From positions 14,074,001-14,138,000 of the forward strand of contig CATNEN010000038.1 in NCBI GenBank assembly GCA_950097015.1: a stretch of DNA of 64,000 bases. The letters run 5' to 3'. Numbering within the stretch: the first letter of the stretch is position 1; each line of letters opens with the position of its first letter. Positions 1 through 12,339 of the stretch are shown here, in pieces. The notes below the pieces were generated by a model that saw nothing but the letters and a program-made list of their open reading frames with translations, searched no databases and had not been told where the DNA came from. The stretch is from Macrostomum hystrix (Eukaryota; Animalia; Platyhelminthes). The translations under genes were made by a program, and so were the position numbers.

Positions 1-185
1 AGTGGGTCTGTGTACAACTTGGGCGAGTGGAGAGTCGAGCTGAGGCCGAACCAGCGTCGCGAGATTGCATCCGATGGTTTGCTGATGAGCTGACTGCTGT
101 TCTGCATAACCAGGGTACAAAAGCCTTTGCATATAATATGAATACTTTGAGTTGTTTGAGTACTGGTACCATAGCCACAGTCAAA
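1..185 (-). CDS. Possible partial coding exon of a gene running off the left edge (product unknown)
   Basis: GC-rich block with open minus-strand frames (e.g. MVPVLKQLKVFILYAKAFVPWLCR... or ...MQNSSQLISKPSDAISRRWFGLSS...) after a candidate acceptor ctcctag near 186-192. Frame and strand are unresolved; a plus-strand frame ending at cagg|gtacaa is also open. Confidence 0.25.
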
Positions 186-664
186 CTAGGAGATTTTAAG
201 TAGATGCCCTTTTTAAGTAGACAATTGTCTCTTACCCACCCTTTCCTAAACCAAATAAAGCTTTTGGAACCTTTAAATACAAGTAAACATGGTTAAACAT
301 GTTACTTATAGCTAAAGTATAATCTTAACATGTGCTTTATTCTATGTTTTTAATTGATTAAAAGCATAGTAACTTTTTTGTGCCTAGCAGCCAAAAATTG
401 CACTGAGAGATTTTTACTTCTTATGAAAGTGTCGAAAGCAAGAATGTGAGTAGAATTCAACCTTTAAATATACATATACCCTTTGAAAAAGTATATACTA
501 TCATGGGTTTTTTATTTCATGAAGATGTAAATTTGGATAGAAATTTTGGCCCTCACCCAATCAAAAACATTTTTGTATAAAGCTTTTAAAGGTACTTTAC
601 AAAAGCAATTTGCTAGACTACAGAATATTTATCAAGTGTAAAAATTTAATAATAAATCTTTTTT

Positions 665-904
665 ATTGATTACACCTGCCCCAATTGGATCAGATGTCCA
701 GCTGTCAGCATTGCAATAGCTATTGCCTAGTGCATCTGAAGGCTGTATATGACCCCAAATAATGCTGTGATATATTTAACAGCTTGGAGAAGTTAAAACA
801 ACAAAGTTAAGCATCTTGCTAAAGGACACAAATTATTTCATATGAATTGGTAATAAAACCCCTGACCTTTAAATTATGAGCATGACACACTAGCCACAGG
901 GCTA
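665..904 (-). mobile_element. Degenerate tRNA-derived CORE-like SINE (family 1)
   Basis: Shares aaagttaagc-tcttgctaaaggacacaaatt, atttaacagct and tctgaaggctg with the copy at 22.2 kb. gattacacctgcccc matches the reverse complement of the tail gggacaggtgtaatt at 54.78 kb. Confidence 0.65.
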
Positions 905-2092
905 AAACATTTGATTGTTATCTAGAAAATCAAGAAAAACAAAAATTATAAAACCTATTATATAGTTAGCATACAAAAACACCAACTAGAATTTAGGTCT
1001 TTGACTAGCAAACAACATTTTATGCATTATTAATAAAAACATTTTATTAGCATTAGCTATAAAACCATATAGGTCTACTTTATTAGTTAAATGACATGAT
1101 ATTTGTATAGCTAGGCCTAGCATATATAATAAAATGCACCAGAGTACAACAAATCCACAACTTTTGAGCTAGAGAATTAGCCAGATTGAAAGATGAGAAA
1201 AGAAAGCACAAACAAAAAATAAAAACAAAGCACAAAATGGGCAGAAAACATTGCATAATACCTGAAACAAGCACTTTTGTGAATTTTTACATGTAATAAA
1301 TGTTAAGAGTAAAATTCGAAAGTATTATTGCTTTCAAAAAAAATAATAGTTTTTTGTTCTAGTTTAAGAGTGAGTTGTTGAAATTAACTGCTTGTGCTAT
1401 CTGAATATAAAAAGTTTTTTATTTCAGACCCTTGTAAAGAACACTTCTAGAGATAGCATATTAGAGACATATTAACATATTACAGATAACAATTTTATGA
1501 TAACATATTTTATTCTCAGGCAAAAAATATTACAGTGCTATAAAATTGTACTCACTATTTTATTCCAAAGAGTTATTGACTTTGAACGAAACATTTTAAT
1601 TACTTAGCTTTACTGATAATTATTGCGCACTATTTAGAGCCTTTACACTTTTATAACAGAAAATAAATATACACGCAAGCAATACGGGAATTAATCGTGA
1701 TGAATTGATTGATCACTTTTAGTCGCTATTTGAGGTTTCGCCTCCTAATAACGAAAAAGATCATCCAGCAGGCCACAGTCAAGTAAATTGAACAAGCAAG
1801 TGTCCATGTCTTAGAAAAAAGTTTTTAAATTTACTAGTATAACAAATTCTGAAAATTTGATTTTAATTAATGATATAAATAACCAATTGCTTGGCTAAAT
1901 ACTGTATATATGTTTTACATAACTACATGCAAAATGATTTTTAGTTATATTATGAAGTTTACTTTAGAGTCATATGATATATTTAAATGTAGCCTTGGCG
2001 TTTTTTAGTTTGTGTTGTATCTTGTACGTATTTTCTAGACTCAAAGATCATATCCCTTACATATCCCTTATATAGGTTTAAGGTGGCAGAAA

Positions 2093-5000
2093 ATGTCAGT
2101 CGATTACACTCAATGGGAGAGAAGTCGATTTCCTCAGCGACGTGATGGCAAACATCAAGTAACAAGGCAATTGGACACGGAGTGTAAGAAACGAAAAAAT
2201 GTGTTTTTTAGAAATTAACCTTTTTTACTCAGCTTACTTTTTTAGCTATGGTTAAAGAGGCCAAAATGATGCGAATATGTATATATAATCATAAAGTGGT
2301 AAAAAATAACAAATTGTTAATCTGCCTCTCATCTCTCTTTCACAGCTTTTACCTGGGGTGCCTTCTCGATTTCTGAAAGCCCAAGCCGCGTTGGATCGGC
2401 GTGCAGTTTGTCAAAGTGCAATCATCCGTGGAACAACTTTCGAGCTAGAGAAGCAGCCAGATTGGCAGAGGAAAAACGAAAAGCGCGAATGAAAGAAATT
2501 AAGGTAAAGATTTTTTATTACACAAACTTACTCTATCTAATTGAGATTTTTCTAAGATTTTCGAAGATTTGTAGCCATATACCCACCTGAATACATAAGC
2601 CAAAATATTCGTTTATGTCAGGTCAAGATCAGACTTCATGAGAAGACCCTGCATGACATCAAGAAGCGGCAGGCTGAATTGTAAATAATTTCTTGATGTA
2701 CTTACTAAACTATTTATATTTGAATGTTATGTAATAGCATAAGTGCTTTATTTTTAATAAAAATAAGTACATAACTACATTACGCGTCTACATTACCAGA
2801 CTAACCAGCAATTTGGACATGTTTCATCTGATTGAAAATGACGAGCGAGTTAATCTGAAGTCGGCCGATGACTGCTTGCGGCGATATCAGAAGTCCAGGG
2901 TAAAAGCTTACATATGATATGCATAGCTGGATGACTAACAGGCATTTGTTCTGATAGTTTCATCTAATTCATCGAGATTCTGATCGGTGAAATATCACAC
3001 ATTCTGAACTGTTTGCAGGACGGAATTCACGTCATGCGGCAGAGGTTCGAGCGCCAGAAACAGGAGCTGCGAGTTGAACTTGCCGAACTCAAACAGCGTC
3101 TGGACGCTTCCACGTTGAGTGAGATTATGGGGAGGGACTCAAGATGCCTTCGGTGTCCAAAAGCATGTTACTCCCATAGAATTATCCAATCATACCAGCT
3201 TAAAGCATGTCATTGCCATAGAAATGCCCAATCCTAAAAGCATGTCATTCCCATAGAATTGCCCAATCCTAAAAGCATGTCATTCCAATAGAATTGCCCA
3301 ATCCTACCAGCTAAAAGCATGTCATTCCCATAGAATTTCCCAATCCTGAAAGCATGTCATTCCCATAGAATTGCCCAATCCTAAAAGCATGTCATTCCCA
3401 TAGAATTGCCCAATCCTAAAAGCATGTCATTCCCATAGAATTGCCCAATCCTAAAAGCATGTCATTCCCATAGAATTGCTTAATCCTAAAAGCATGTCAT
3501 TCCAATAGAATTGCCTAATCCTAAAAGCATGCCATTCCCATAGAATTGCCCAATCCTAAAAGCATGTCATTCCCATAGAATTGCCCAATCCTAAAAGCAT
3601 GCCATTCCCATAGAATTGTCAAGCCAGATGCTTGAACCCCAGAAAACAATCCTAATATTCAGGACTGAAATCGGAGCTGCAGTCAGTAGTTGACGAAGTG
3701 AACGAAATTTACGCTGAACTGGCACTGCTGAACAACTACAAGGACAAGATCTACCCGGAGAGGCTGGTTCTCATTCACCAGCTCAAACAGCAGCTTGCGT
3801 CTGCTCAACTGGACAATGAGGTGAAAATTTTTTGGTGCTTTTTAAAGCCAATAAACCTTTATACTTTTCGTAGTTGTGTCTGACAAAAAACTTACTAAGT
3901 TTCTAATGTAGTCACTTCAATCAATCTACTTTCGACATAGCAATTAAAATTTAGTGAAATCATTGAATCTCAAATGCATCTCGTCTCTCTATAAACTGTT
4001 TTTAGACCTTTGAGCAGCTATTAACACAAAATGTCCTACTCAATCAGGGCATTTTGCGTCTGCGCAGCTTCGGAGTAATTTTAATTATGCTTACTGAATT
4101 ATTCTGCTTATGAATTTTTGTACCATCTTGCCCGCACTATCGCTGATGAGTGATCGAAGACGAGAAATTTATCAGTAGAAAATAAGGGTAAAGGCTATAG
4201 TCAAAAGAGCATGAACCAATAGGAAGAGATGGTAATGACTAGAGTTTGGACCAATAGGAAGGCGAGATAGAGACCAAGCTAACGGACCAATAGGAAGGCG
4301 GGGTAAAGACCCAGCCAACGGACCAAAGGCGGGGGAAGAAGGCGGGGTAAGCTAACGGACCAATTAAGAAGGCGGGGTAAGCTAACGGACCAATAGGAAG
4401 GCGGGGTAAAGAATCAGCCAATGGACCGATAGGAAGGCGGGGTAAAGAATCAGCCAACGGACCAATAGGGAAGATAAATTAAAGACTAGATATTGGGCCA
4501 ATCATAGGAGACAGCCCTCCTGTCTCCTATGACGGATCTGAGGGTCATTTTTGTGTACACAAACATGGCTATTTTTTCTATTTGCTAATACACGGCAAAC
4601 ACATATGCAGATATTTAAAATCTCCATTTTCTTTTTATTTCAGTTGCCATAGTAATGCATTTACAGCCACTATAAACTCTCTTTTTCTGTCAGCCAGTCA
4701 GCAAAAGAAAAGTGACTTTCATTTTAACTGTGATAGCCTGAGCACTTTACACAGGATTTTTTTTGGAACCCAGCTCTTATCTTAATCACAAAAAGTCACA
4801 TTATATCCAATAAAATTTTGCACGCTACGTTCTTTTTAATTTATCTTACTGTCAGGCTCTACGATTTATTTATGCTTAAATTATCCTGTTTTTAACCAAC
4901 CCCATCACTACTATAATTAATTGTCAGTTTTGATGATGGTCGATTAAAACCCAACTTGCATTTTTGTTCGAATTTAGGAAGAAGAGGAGGAGCTGCTGGA

Positions 5001-5999
5001 GGTCATTCAGGCTGAGCACAGGAAGCTGATGGGGCAGGACAGCCGCTCGACGGAGGCCATGAAAGCCGCTGTGGCTCAGGTTAGTATAGGATTTGGATTG
5101 GCGAAGGCTTAACGGGTTAGGATCAACGGAGAAGTGATGTTGGCAGTGGAGTGAGGTTGGCGGGTGAGTGAGGTTGGCGATGAGTGTTGGCGGAGGAGTG
5201 AGGTTGGCAGTGGAATGAGGTTGGCGGAGGAGTGAGGTTGGCAGTGGAGTGAGGTTGGCGGAGAAGGGAGGTTGGCAGTGGAATGAGGTTGGCGGAGGAG
5301 TGAGGTTGGCAGTGGAATGAGGTTAGCGGAGGAGTGAGGTTGGCAGTGGAGTGCGGTTGACGGGTGAGTGAGGTTTGCGCATGAGTGTTGGCGGAGGAGT
5401 GAGGTTGGCAGTGGAATGAGTTTGGCGGAGGAGTGAGGTTGGCAGTGGAGTGAGGTTGGCGGGTAAGTGAGGTTGGCGCATGAGTGTTTGCGGAGGAGTG
5501 AGGTTGGCAGTGCAGTGAGGTTGGCGGGTAAGTGAGGTTGGCGCATGAGTGTTTGCGGAGGAGTGAGGTTGGTGGAGGAGGGAGGTTGATGTGATTGCTG
5601 CGCTATATCGGAATGCCCATCAAATCATTCAGAAAGCAATGTCAGAGCTGCACCCATCAATAGTCGGCATGGCTGATGAGAACAAGAAGTTGGCGCAAGA
5701 CATCGAATTCCATCGCGGCCTGAACCACCGACTGCGCGGAGACATTCGCTCCCTGGAAGTCTCTATCGAAGGATTGAAAAGAGACCCTGAGGCAGCCATA
5801 CCTAGCAGCATGTTTCCCCAGATCTTTCGAAAGTATAAAAAGTAAGTTAAGAAAAAAAAAATATTTTTGCAAAAATGATGCAAATGGAGTGAATTTCCAG
5901 CTAAACGGAAACCAAAAACGAAGTGACCCGCATTTTAGATGCACCCCGGATATGGACGTCGTTCTGGACATACCCACTCGAAAATTGCCAATTATTTAA
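2093..5999 (+). CDS. C20orf96: C20orf96-like (DUF4618) coiled-coil protein, ~345 aa, 9 coding exons
   Basis: Exons 2093-2183, 2346-2503, 2622-2680, 2800-2899, 3019-3118, 3663-3820, 4978-5079, 5633-5841, 5939-5999 are all GT-AG and in frame (1038 nt). N-terminal VDYTQW, central LLNNYKDKIYPERLVLIHQL and C-terminal KCTPDMDVVLDIPT match my recollection of human C20orf96 (DYVPW; LSTYMDHEYSIKSVQI; KCTPDMDVILNIP). Confidence 0.88.
3160..3620 (+). repeat. 35-bp minisatellite (aaaagcatgtcattcccatagaattgcccaatcct) in C20orf96 intron 5
   Basis: About 13 tandem units; period 35 checked at 3361/3396. Confidence 0.95.
4212..4472 (+). repeat. Imperfect ~28-33-bp tandem repeat (ggaccaataggaaggcggggtaa) in C20orf96 intron 6
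   Basis: About 8 variable units, most with CCAAT and GGCGGG. Confidence 0.85.
5130..5590 (+). repeat. ~18-bp G-rich minisatellite (gagtgaggttggc core) in C20orf96 intron 7
   Basis: Tandem alternating variants read directly; source of the spurious ORF 5109-5546. Confidence 0.92.
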
Positions 6000-6847
6000 A
6001 CTCAACCGCAACATTTTTTTCGAATTCATTCTTAACTGCTTGTGACTCGATGGAAAGCTATTTTTAATGTGACAATTTCACTATGAGTAATTGGCATGGC
6101 AGTGGTTTTAAACGTACCTTCTGTATCTCTGCTGTTGTATTCTTTACTGCTTGTTCTTGTAAAGCCTTTCAAATGCCTGTGACGTACGAAAAAATACAGA
6201 AATTAATAGCAGACTAAAGACCGGCATACTTTAGGTTTTGTCATATCATGAAATGTTTCGTTTGGTGAAGTGAAACAGTGTATTAACATTGTTCTGATCA
6301 CATGCTTCAAATTCAATTCCACTACTCGTCAGTAGTTATTAGGAAAACTATAGCTAATTAAAAGCAGGCAAAATACTAAAAATGAATGAGTGGATGCTGT
6401 TAATTGCTTTACTTGGACTAACTAAAAAGCGAAACGCTTTGTGAAAAACAAAAATGTATAAAAAGGCAAAAATCCTAGAAGAATATTATCAAAGGCAGTG
6501 GCGGCACATGCAGTTTTAATACTGAAGTTTAATTTAAATAAAAATAAAGAGAGAAAAGTGAAGAAAAAAACTAGCTGACTAAGACCAAACAAAAAAGGGC
6601 TAACAAAAAATATTAAGGCCTCGAAATACACTTCAAAAGTTTCACTATTCTGTGAGGATTAACAGTAAATTAATTTCGGTCTGGTTGCGGTATTGTGACA
6701 AGAATATGCTAATGCACCAAATTTTCAGTCCCTACTTAAAGTGATATATCTGATTATGTGACCTTGAGAGACACGCGTTTCTAGTGTGAAAAACAGTTGA
6801 ATAAAAAGTAGAGTATTTAATATATAGAGATATAGACTAGCACAGGG

Positions 6848-7975
6848 CTAGTTGGAGCCCAGATCGCCCTGACGGCACACTTCAATCATGCAGTCCTCCG
6901 TGATTTCGCTCAGCTCGCTGGCCTGCATCTCCTTGTGCACTCCCTGCAGCTTCCGGCGGAGGTCGTTCTTTGACGAGGCGATCAGCATCCGCTGCCGGAT
7001 GGGCAGATTGTCCGGGCTCCTGCGACAGGTGCGACTGGACTGTTTAGCCCATACCACCATCCCTGATGCTTCAGTGGGCTGCCCATACCACCATCCCTGA
7101 TGCTTCAGTTGGCTGCCCATACCACCATCCCTGATGCTTCAGTTGGCTGCCCATACCACCATCCCTGATGCTTCAGTTGGCTGCCCATACCACCATCCCT
7201 GATGCTTCAGTGGGCTGCCCATACCACCATCCCTGATGCTTCAGTTGGCTGCCCATACCACCATCCCTGATGCTTCAGTGGGCTGCCCATACCACCATCC
7301 CTGATGCTTCAGTTGGCTGCCCATACCACCATCCCTGATGCTTCAGTGGGCTGCCCATACCACCATCCCTGATGCTTCAGTTGGCTGCCCATACCACCAT
7401 CCCTGATGCTTCAGTTGGCTGCCCATACCACCATCCCTGATGCTTCAGTGGGCTGCCCATACCACCATCCCTGATGCTTCAGTGGGCTGCCCATACCACC
7501 ATCCCTGATGCTTCAGTTGGCTGCCCATACCACCATCCCTGATGCTTCAGTGGGCTGCCCATACCACCATCCCTGATGCTTCAGTGGGCTGCCCATACCA
7601 CCATCCCTGATGCTTCAGTTGGCTGCCCATACCACCATCCCTGATGCTTCAGTGGGCTACCACTGGCACAAAAGTACACAGATTCTAAGGCACGAAAACT
7701 CACCAGCTGACAAAAACGAGCTTGTTGCGTTTCTGCTTGGACTCTACTAGCTCATACTCAATATCGTACACGCCGTAGACGCCCCGACCTTGATCCTGAT
7801 AGGCCTTCAGATCGGCTAGGAACTCATCATAAGGCGTTGTTAAGGGCGCCCTCTTCAGCACTCCAATCTCCTTGTCGCTATTCACAAGGCCTAGCAGCAG
7901 GTAACGATCTGTGTGCCGCGTCTTGATCTCACTGAAGGCCTGAAGCACTTCATCTTGAATTTTCACACCAGACGC
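6848..7975 (-). CDS. ADF/cofilin actin-depolymerizing factor, ~148 aa with initiator Met (start codon not located)
   Basis: Exon 7975-7704 follows ttcag and reads ASGVKIQDE...YGVYDIEY...RNKLVFVSW. A phase-2 GT-AG intron 7703-7020 splits the Trp codon. Exon 7019-6848 reads SPDNLPIRQRMLIASSKNDLRRKLQGVHKEMQASELSEI... These are canonical ADF-H motifs. Confidence 0.93.
7047..7660 (+). repeat. 34-bp minisatellite (gcccataccaccatccctgatgcttcagtKggct) in the cofilin intron
   Basis: About 18 near-identical units with one T/G dimorphic site. Confidence 0.97.
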
Positions 7976-8989
7976 CTGAAAGATTTTGGTAAAATCTTGT
8001 CTTATTCTTTGTCTAGAATACTTCTGGTTATCTTCTTGACAACATTGTTAGCAATAATGTAGACATTTCTATACACATAGCTTTACCCAATTACATGAAA
8101 TTGCTTATATATCGTTTCACAAATATAAATTGGCTCTTGTCTTGGCCATATATTCAAATTGTTTAACATACTAGTGATGCTTTTAGTAATAAATAAGAAT
8201 AGTTACTGAAATAGTATAGTCCCATGATAGACCAACCTTTTTTATTTGCATCTCTGTTACTTTACCAAATATATTTAGTTAAAAGATAAAGACCTAAATT
8301 TTTATTCAGCATAATTTTGACATTGCTAATTTGACAGATTATGTTTTGTAGCTGACGTAAACAGATTATTAATCATCATGTAAATAATTATCAACAAAAA
8401 ACCATTACAAACTAATTAAATAGAACAATTTACTTTAAAGTGAAAAAAATCAATTTTTTAAAATGTAATATAAAGGGTAGGGTATAAAAATATTTATAAT
8501 TTAATCCCTACAAACTCTAACTTAATGCACCAACCTAAAACGAAATAAACTAACTTAAACTAACTGTTGTAACAAACATAACACAACCTATTTTTATTAA
8601 AAAAGGTAAATGCTAAAACTTGATTTACACAAAATATTTTCTTAAAAAGAAATATAATTCTAGAACCTCCTGTAGTTGCACAAGCACATTCTACTGTATC
8701 CCCAATTCTAGAAGTTTCCCGTGCACTTGACTTTTCTGGAATGTTCTCCTGCCAGTGTATATATACAAACACCCACTCACACATGCTATCCAAGTACTTC
8801 TAGCAGGCTTCTAACCAACTGCCTCCTCCAATCAATTATCTACAGGCCATACTGCCACACGGCCACAAATATACGCTGCTACCTACTACTACTACTCAAT
8901 TGGAATCATTTGTTCTGCTTACTTCCTACGCGGAGATACAGCAATCTGTTTCGAAGAAACTTATTGCGAAATACATTTAGACATCTAAA

Positions 8990-9036
8990 TTTTGGGGGTA
9001 TCGGCCGATACATCGATACCCCTGGCTACGTCACTG
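8990..9036. mobile_element. Possible terminus of a non-autonomous DNA transposon/MITE
   Basis: 9-bp stem ggggtatcg...cgatacccc followed by tggctacgtcactg (reverse complement CAGTGACGTAGCCA), which resembles CAGTGGCGTAGC-type termini. The partner end was not found. Confidence 0.3.
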
Positions 9037-10020
9037 CTGATGCTTCTTCACCGCCAAGTAGCCCGAACAATGAAAGGAAGGCCGAAAAATGCGTCTCTGA
9101 CTAAAGTGACAAACTCGTAATTTTCATAATGGCAGGCAGACTACTGGACTGAGGTGTCTTAGAAAACGCAATAACTACAAATTATATTTATTTTTTCTTA
9201 AGTATAACAAATATTAAGACAGCAACACAAAGAAAGAACCAAATCAAACCAAAAAGATAAAACCCGTATTACTATAAAGGATTTTAACACTTGCACTTTA
9301 TTTTTTCTTTTATAAGTGCACTAACTTTAGAAGAAACCCGAACTTTTGAGTTTATTCAACTTTTTACGATTTTCTAGTTTTAACACGTTTCGAGAGCTTA
9401 GACACATTGAGAAACCATTTGCGTGTAGTGTTACGGAATGCTTTGATGTCGATTACGATGACCTATCATCTATCAAGTAGTTCGACTATAAAACTTTCTG
9501 TGACCATAGGATCCATAGCTTAGGCCTTAAAATTTACTTGATCTATCCACTAGTTTCCTATGTGGAGTTATTTCTATATGAAGTATACTTAAAAATTCCA
9601 TTTACCATAAGAGCTTGTATTAAAAGTTCAAGATTTTTACAGTTGATGCAATGGCTTCCCATATTTATATTATGCTTTTTGCATATCCTTTTAAGGGATA
9701 TTATGTACTTAGCCTATTTAATATAATCATTTTAAAAAGCAAAAAAGCTGGCTAGTATATTTTAGCTAGCTTTTGAATGCAGGTTTGATTTCTTAGTATG
9801 AAATAATATTACAAGATATATCACAAGATAGCTTCTTTAAAATCATAATTGCATTACTTTTTCTTTCCTTTTCAATATTTATAACTATCTATAAGTATCT
9901 ATAAATATTGTTATTTCTATGATGTGTATATGTGTACTATTTATTTTTATTTCTATTATCTCATTTTGTTTCCTTCATAAAAGGAAACCTGATACCTCCA
10001 ATTTCATTCCAGACTGTCGA

Positions 10021-11092
10021 ATGGCTTTCAATTCTGCAAAACAGCTAGCCAAGCTTGGACAATATCTGCAGAAGTTTTGCCAAGGAAATGACTTTAATAG
10101 AGTGATGGCAAAGGTATTTTAATCTTTCATTATGCTACAATTCAATGGGTCTTTGACTTTTACTTTTAGCTCACTTCCAGTTGAAAGACCATGGGGTTGA
10201 AGATATTATATAATAAAAAATTTAATTATTGAAGAATATTGCTAAATTTCTAATCAAAATAATCTTCCTATTGGAAACTAGGATAGACCACAGACTGATC
10301 TAAACCTCAAATGATTAACTATTATTTTGTTATCTCAGTCTTTTTGCCTACTTTCTAGGCCATTCCAGTTGCCTGCACTAAGAATAGCTGTACATTTGAG
10401 CTGCGCATTGACGAAGAGCACAGCAATGCTTATGGAACTCTGCATGGCGGTATGACTGCCACACTGCTTGACACCATGACAACTGTGGCACTGGTTGCTA
10501 ATGACTCACCACCTGGTGTCTCCGTGGAGCTCTCTGTCTCGTGAGTGTAAAGCTGAACAATGCACCAACCGAATAAGTCGCACGTGCCATTCAATCTAAA
10601 TTACTAACCAATCACATTCGCCAACCAATCCCATTCGTCAACCAATCCCATTCGTCAACCAATCAAATTCGCCAACCAATCCCATTCGTCAACCAATCCC
10701 ATTCGTCAACCAATCCCATTCGCCAACCAATCTTATTCGCCAGCCAATCCCATTCGCCAACCAATCACATTTGCCAATCAATCACATACGCCAACCGATC
10801 ACATTCGCCAACCAATCCCATTTGTCAACCAATCCCATTCGCCAACCAATCACATTTGCCAATCAATCACATACGCCAACCAATCACATTTGCCAATCAA
10901 TCACATACGCCAACAAATCACATTCGCCAACAAATTTGCAGCTATATGCGCCCGGCCGCTGTGGGCAGCACTATTCTAATCCACTCCGAGCTAGTGAAAA
11001 TGGGCAAATCTTTGGCCTTCTTAACTAGCGAATTTCGCGACAAAGAATCTGGCAAGCTGATTGCTACAGGGAAGCACATCAAGCATCTCTAG
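10021..11092 (+). CDS. ACOT13: Acyl-CoA thioesterase 13 (THEM2, hotdog fold), 141 aa, 3 coding exons
   Basis: Exons 10021-10113, 10359-10540, 10942-11092 are GT-AG and in frame. Motifs HSNAYGTLHGGMTATLLD, GVSVELSVSYM, KMGKSLAF and GKLIATGKHIK. Confidence 0.93.
10605..10935 (+). repeat. ~17-18-bp minisatellite (ccaatcccattcgccaa) in ACOT13 intron 2
   Basis: Tandem units run to within about 10 nt of the 10941 acceptor. Confidence 0.92.
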
Positions 11093-11576
11093 TCTTTGTT
11101 GCGAAAACTTTGCTGGATTACCTATAAATATGTCTGTGCTTCTCTGTAGATTTAACTATTTTAAACTTTGTCAGCCAGTCTTTGTCATCAAACTGCAATT
11201 AACGGTAGAGAATCGCTGACGTTTTTGCTAGCTAGAATAAATTGGTCCGGATGTTTATTATTAGTAAATATTTAGTAAATAATTGCCTAAATATAGACTC
11301 TTTTCTTCCTTTTTGTTTGCTTTTGGTAATTTAAACTATGAGACGGCCAAGAAAAGACATGAAAGTATTTTTGTGACCCTCTCGATGCAAGAATAAACAT
11401 CTTGAGACCATATTGATGCGAGAATCAAGATTTTGAAACTTTTGTCATTAGAGAATTGAGATTTGTCAGTAGTATGAATAGCACTTTATTTTGGAGTTGT
11501 GCAAAGTACCCCGTGAACTAATTAGGCAAAACATTTTTATATGTATTTTTTATGAAATTCCAGTATATAATAAGAA

Positions 11577-11770
11577 TCAGTCCATGGACTGGAGGGCGCC
11601 ACACCCACCCTCGATTACCCCAACTGATGCCGGTACCCATTCAACAGTTGGGTGAACTGAAGCAATGCAGAGTTAAGAGTTTTGCTAAATTGTTTTTGGC
11701 AAATTGTTTCAGTGAAGTCGGGAATCGAACTCCCGACCTAGGCTACGACACTAGACTACAATCCCTATAA
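11577..11770 (-). mobile_element. tRNA-derived CORE-like SINE (family 1)
   Basis: cagtccatggactg palindrome, gccacaccc, ggtacccattcaacagttgggtgaact, and a minus-strand B-box (gggaatcgaac on +); aligns with the 22.2 kb and 54.6 kb copies. Confidence 0.8.
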
Positions 11771-12339
11771 GTCTCTAGGAAAAGCTTACTGGAAAACTTG
11801 GACTGAATATATTACACAGAATGTGAATTCGTTGTACAGTATGCAAACCCACTGGAGAAACTCGAAAACTAGTTCTGCTAAACTTTGGACTGAGTTTGCC
11901 TGAGTTTGACTGAGTATACTGTAGTCTTGTGGCATCTCACTCGAACTGTACCGTACGTACCGCTTACCGGCAGCTGAAGGAAAGAGAACTCAGCCTAGAT
12001 AGCATTCTGTGTGCAATACTCGAGTAGGAACAAAATGCTTTCGGTGTGGTTCCAGTGTTCATTACAATGTGCGTTCCTTTGGCCACATAGAAACTAAAAA
12101 GCATCAAATTTTCTTCTCTCCCTCTAAATTCAGAGTCTCCAATTCTCTCTCTCGCTTTGTCTCTTTTCATTCCAGCTGCAAATTATTCTGTCCCTTCTTA
12201 CAACTGGCTCAGGTTTATTTTTCCGCACACTATACTCAAACTGCAGAAACTATTCATTTTAGTTGAGAGAATAAAACTCATTAGCGTCCTCGACCTCGCG
12301 CTGTAATCTCACATTGGGGTTAATTGGAGCCTGGCTACC

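Noticed and set aside
1723-1782. Possible upstream exon of C20orf96 (tttag...caa|gtaaat)
   Set aside because: Could be a 5' UTR exon, but there is no homology or in-frame ATG to support it as coding.
4135-4185. ctgatgag-tgat-cgaag, similar to a minimal hammerhead ribozyme core
   Set aside because: GAAA is GAAG, and I found no stem I or stem III complementarity or NUH site.
7047-7660. 34-35-bp regular repeats (also 3160-3620) resembling CRISPR arrays
   Set aside because: Head-to-tail units without unique spacers, located in spliceosomal introns, with no cas genes.
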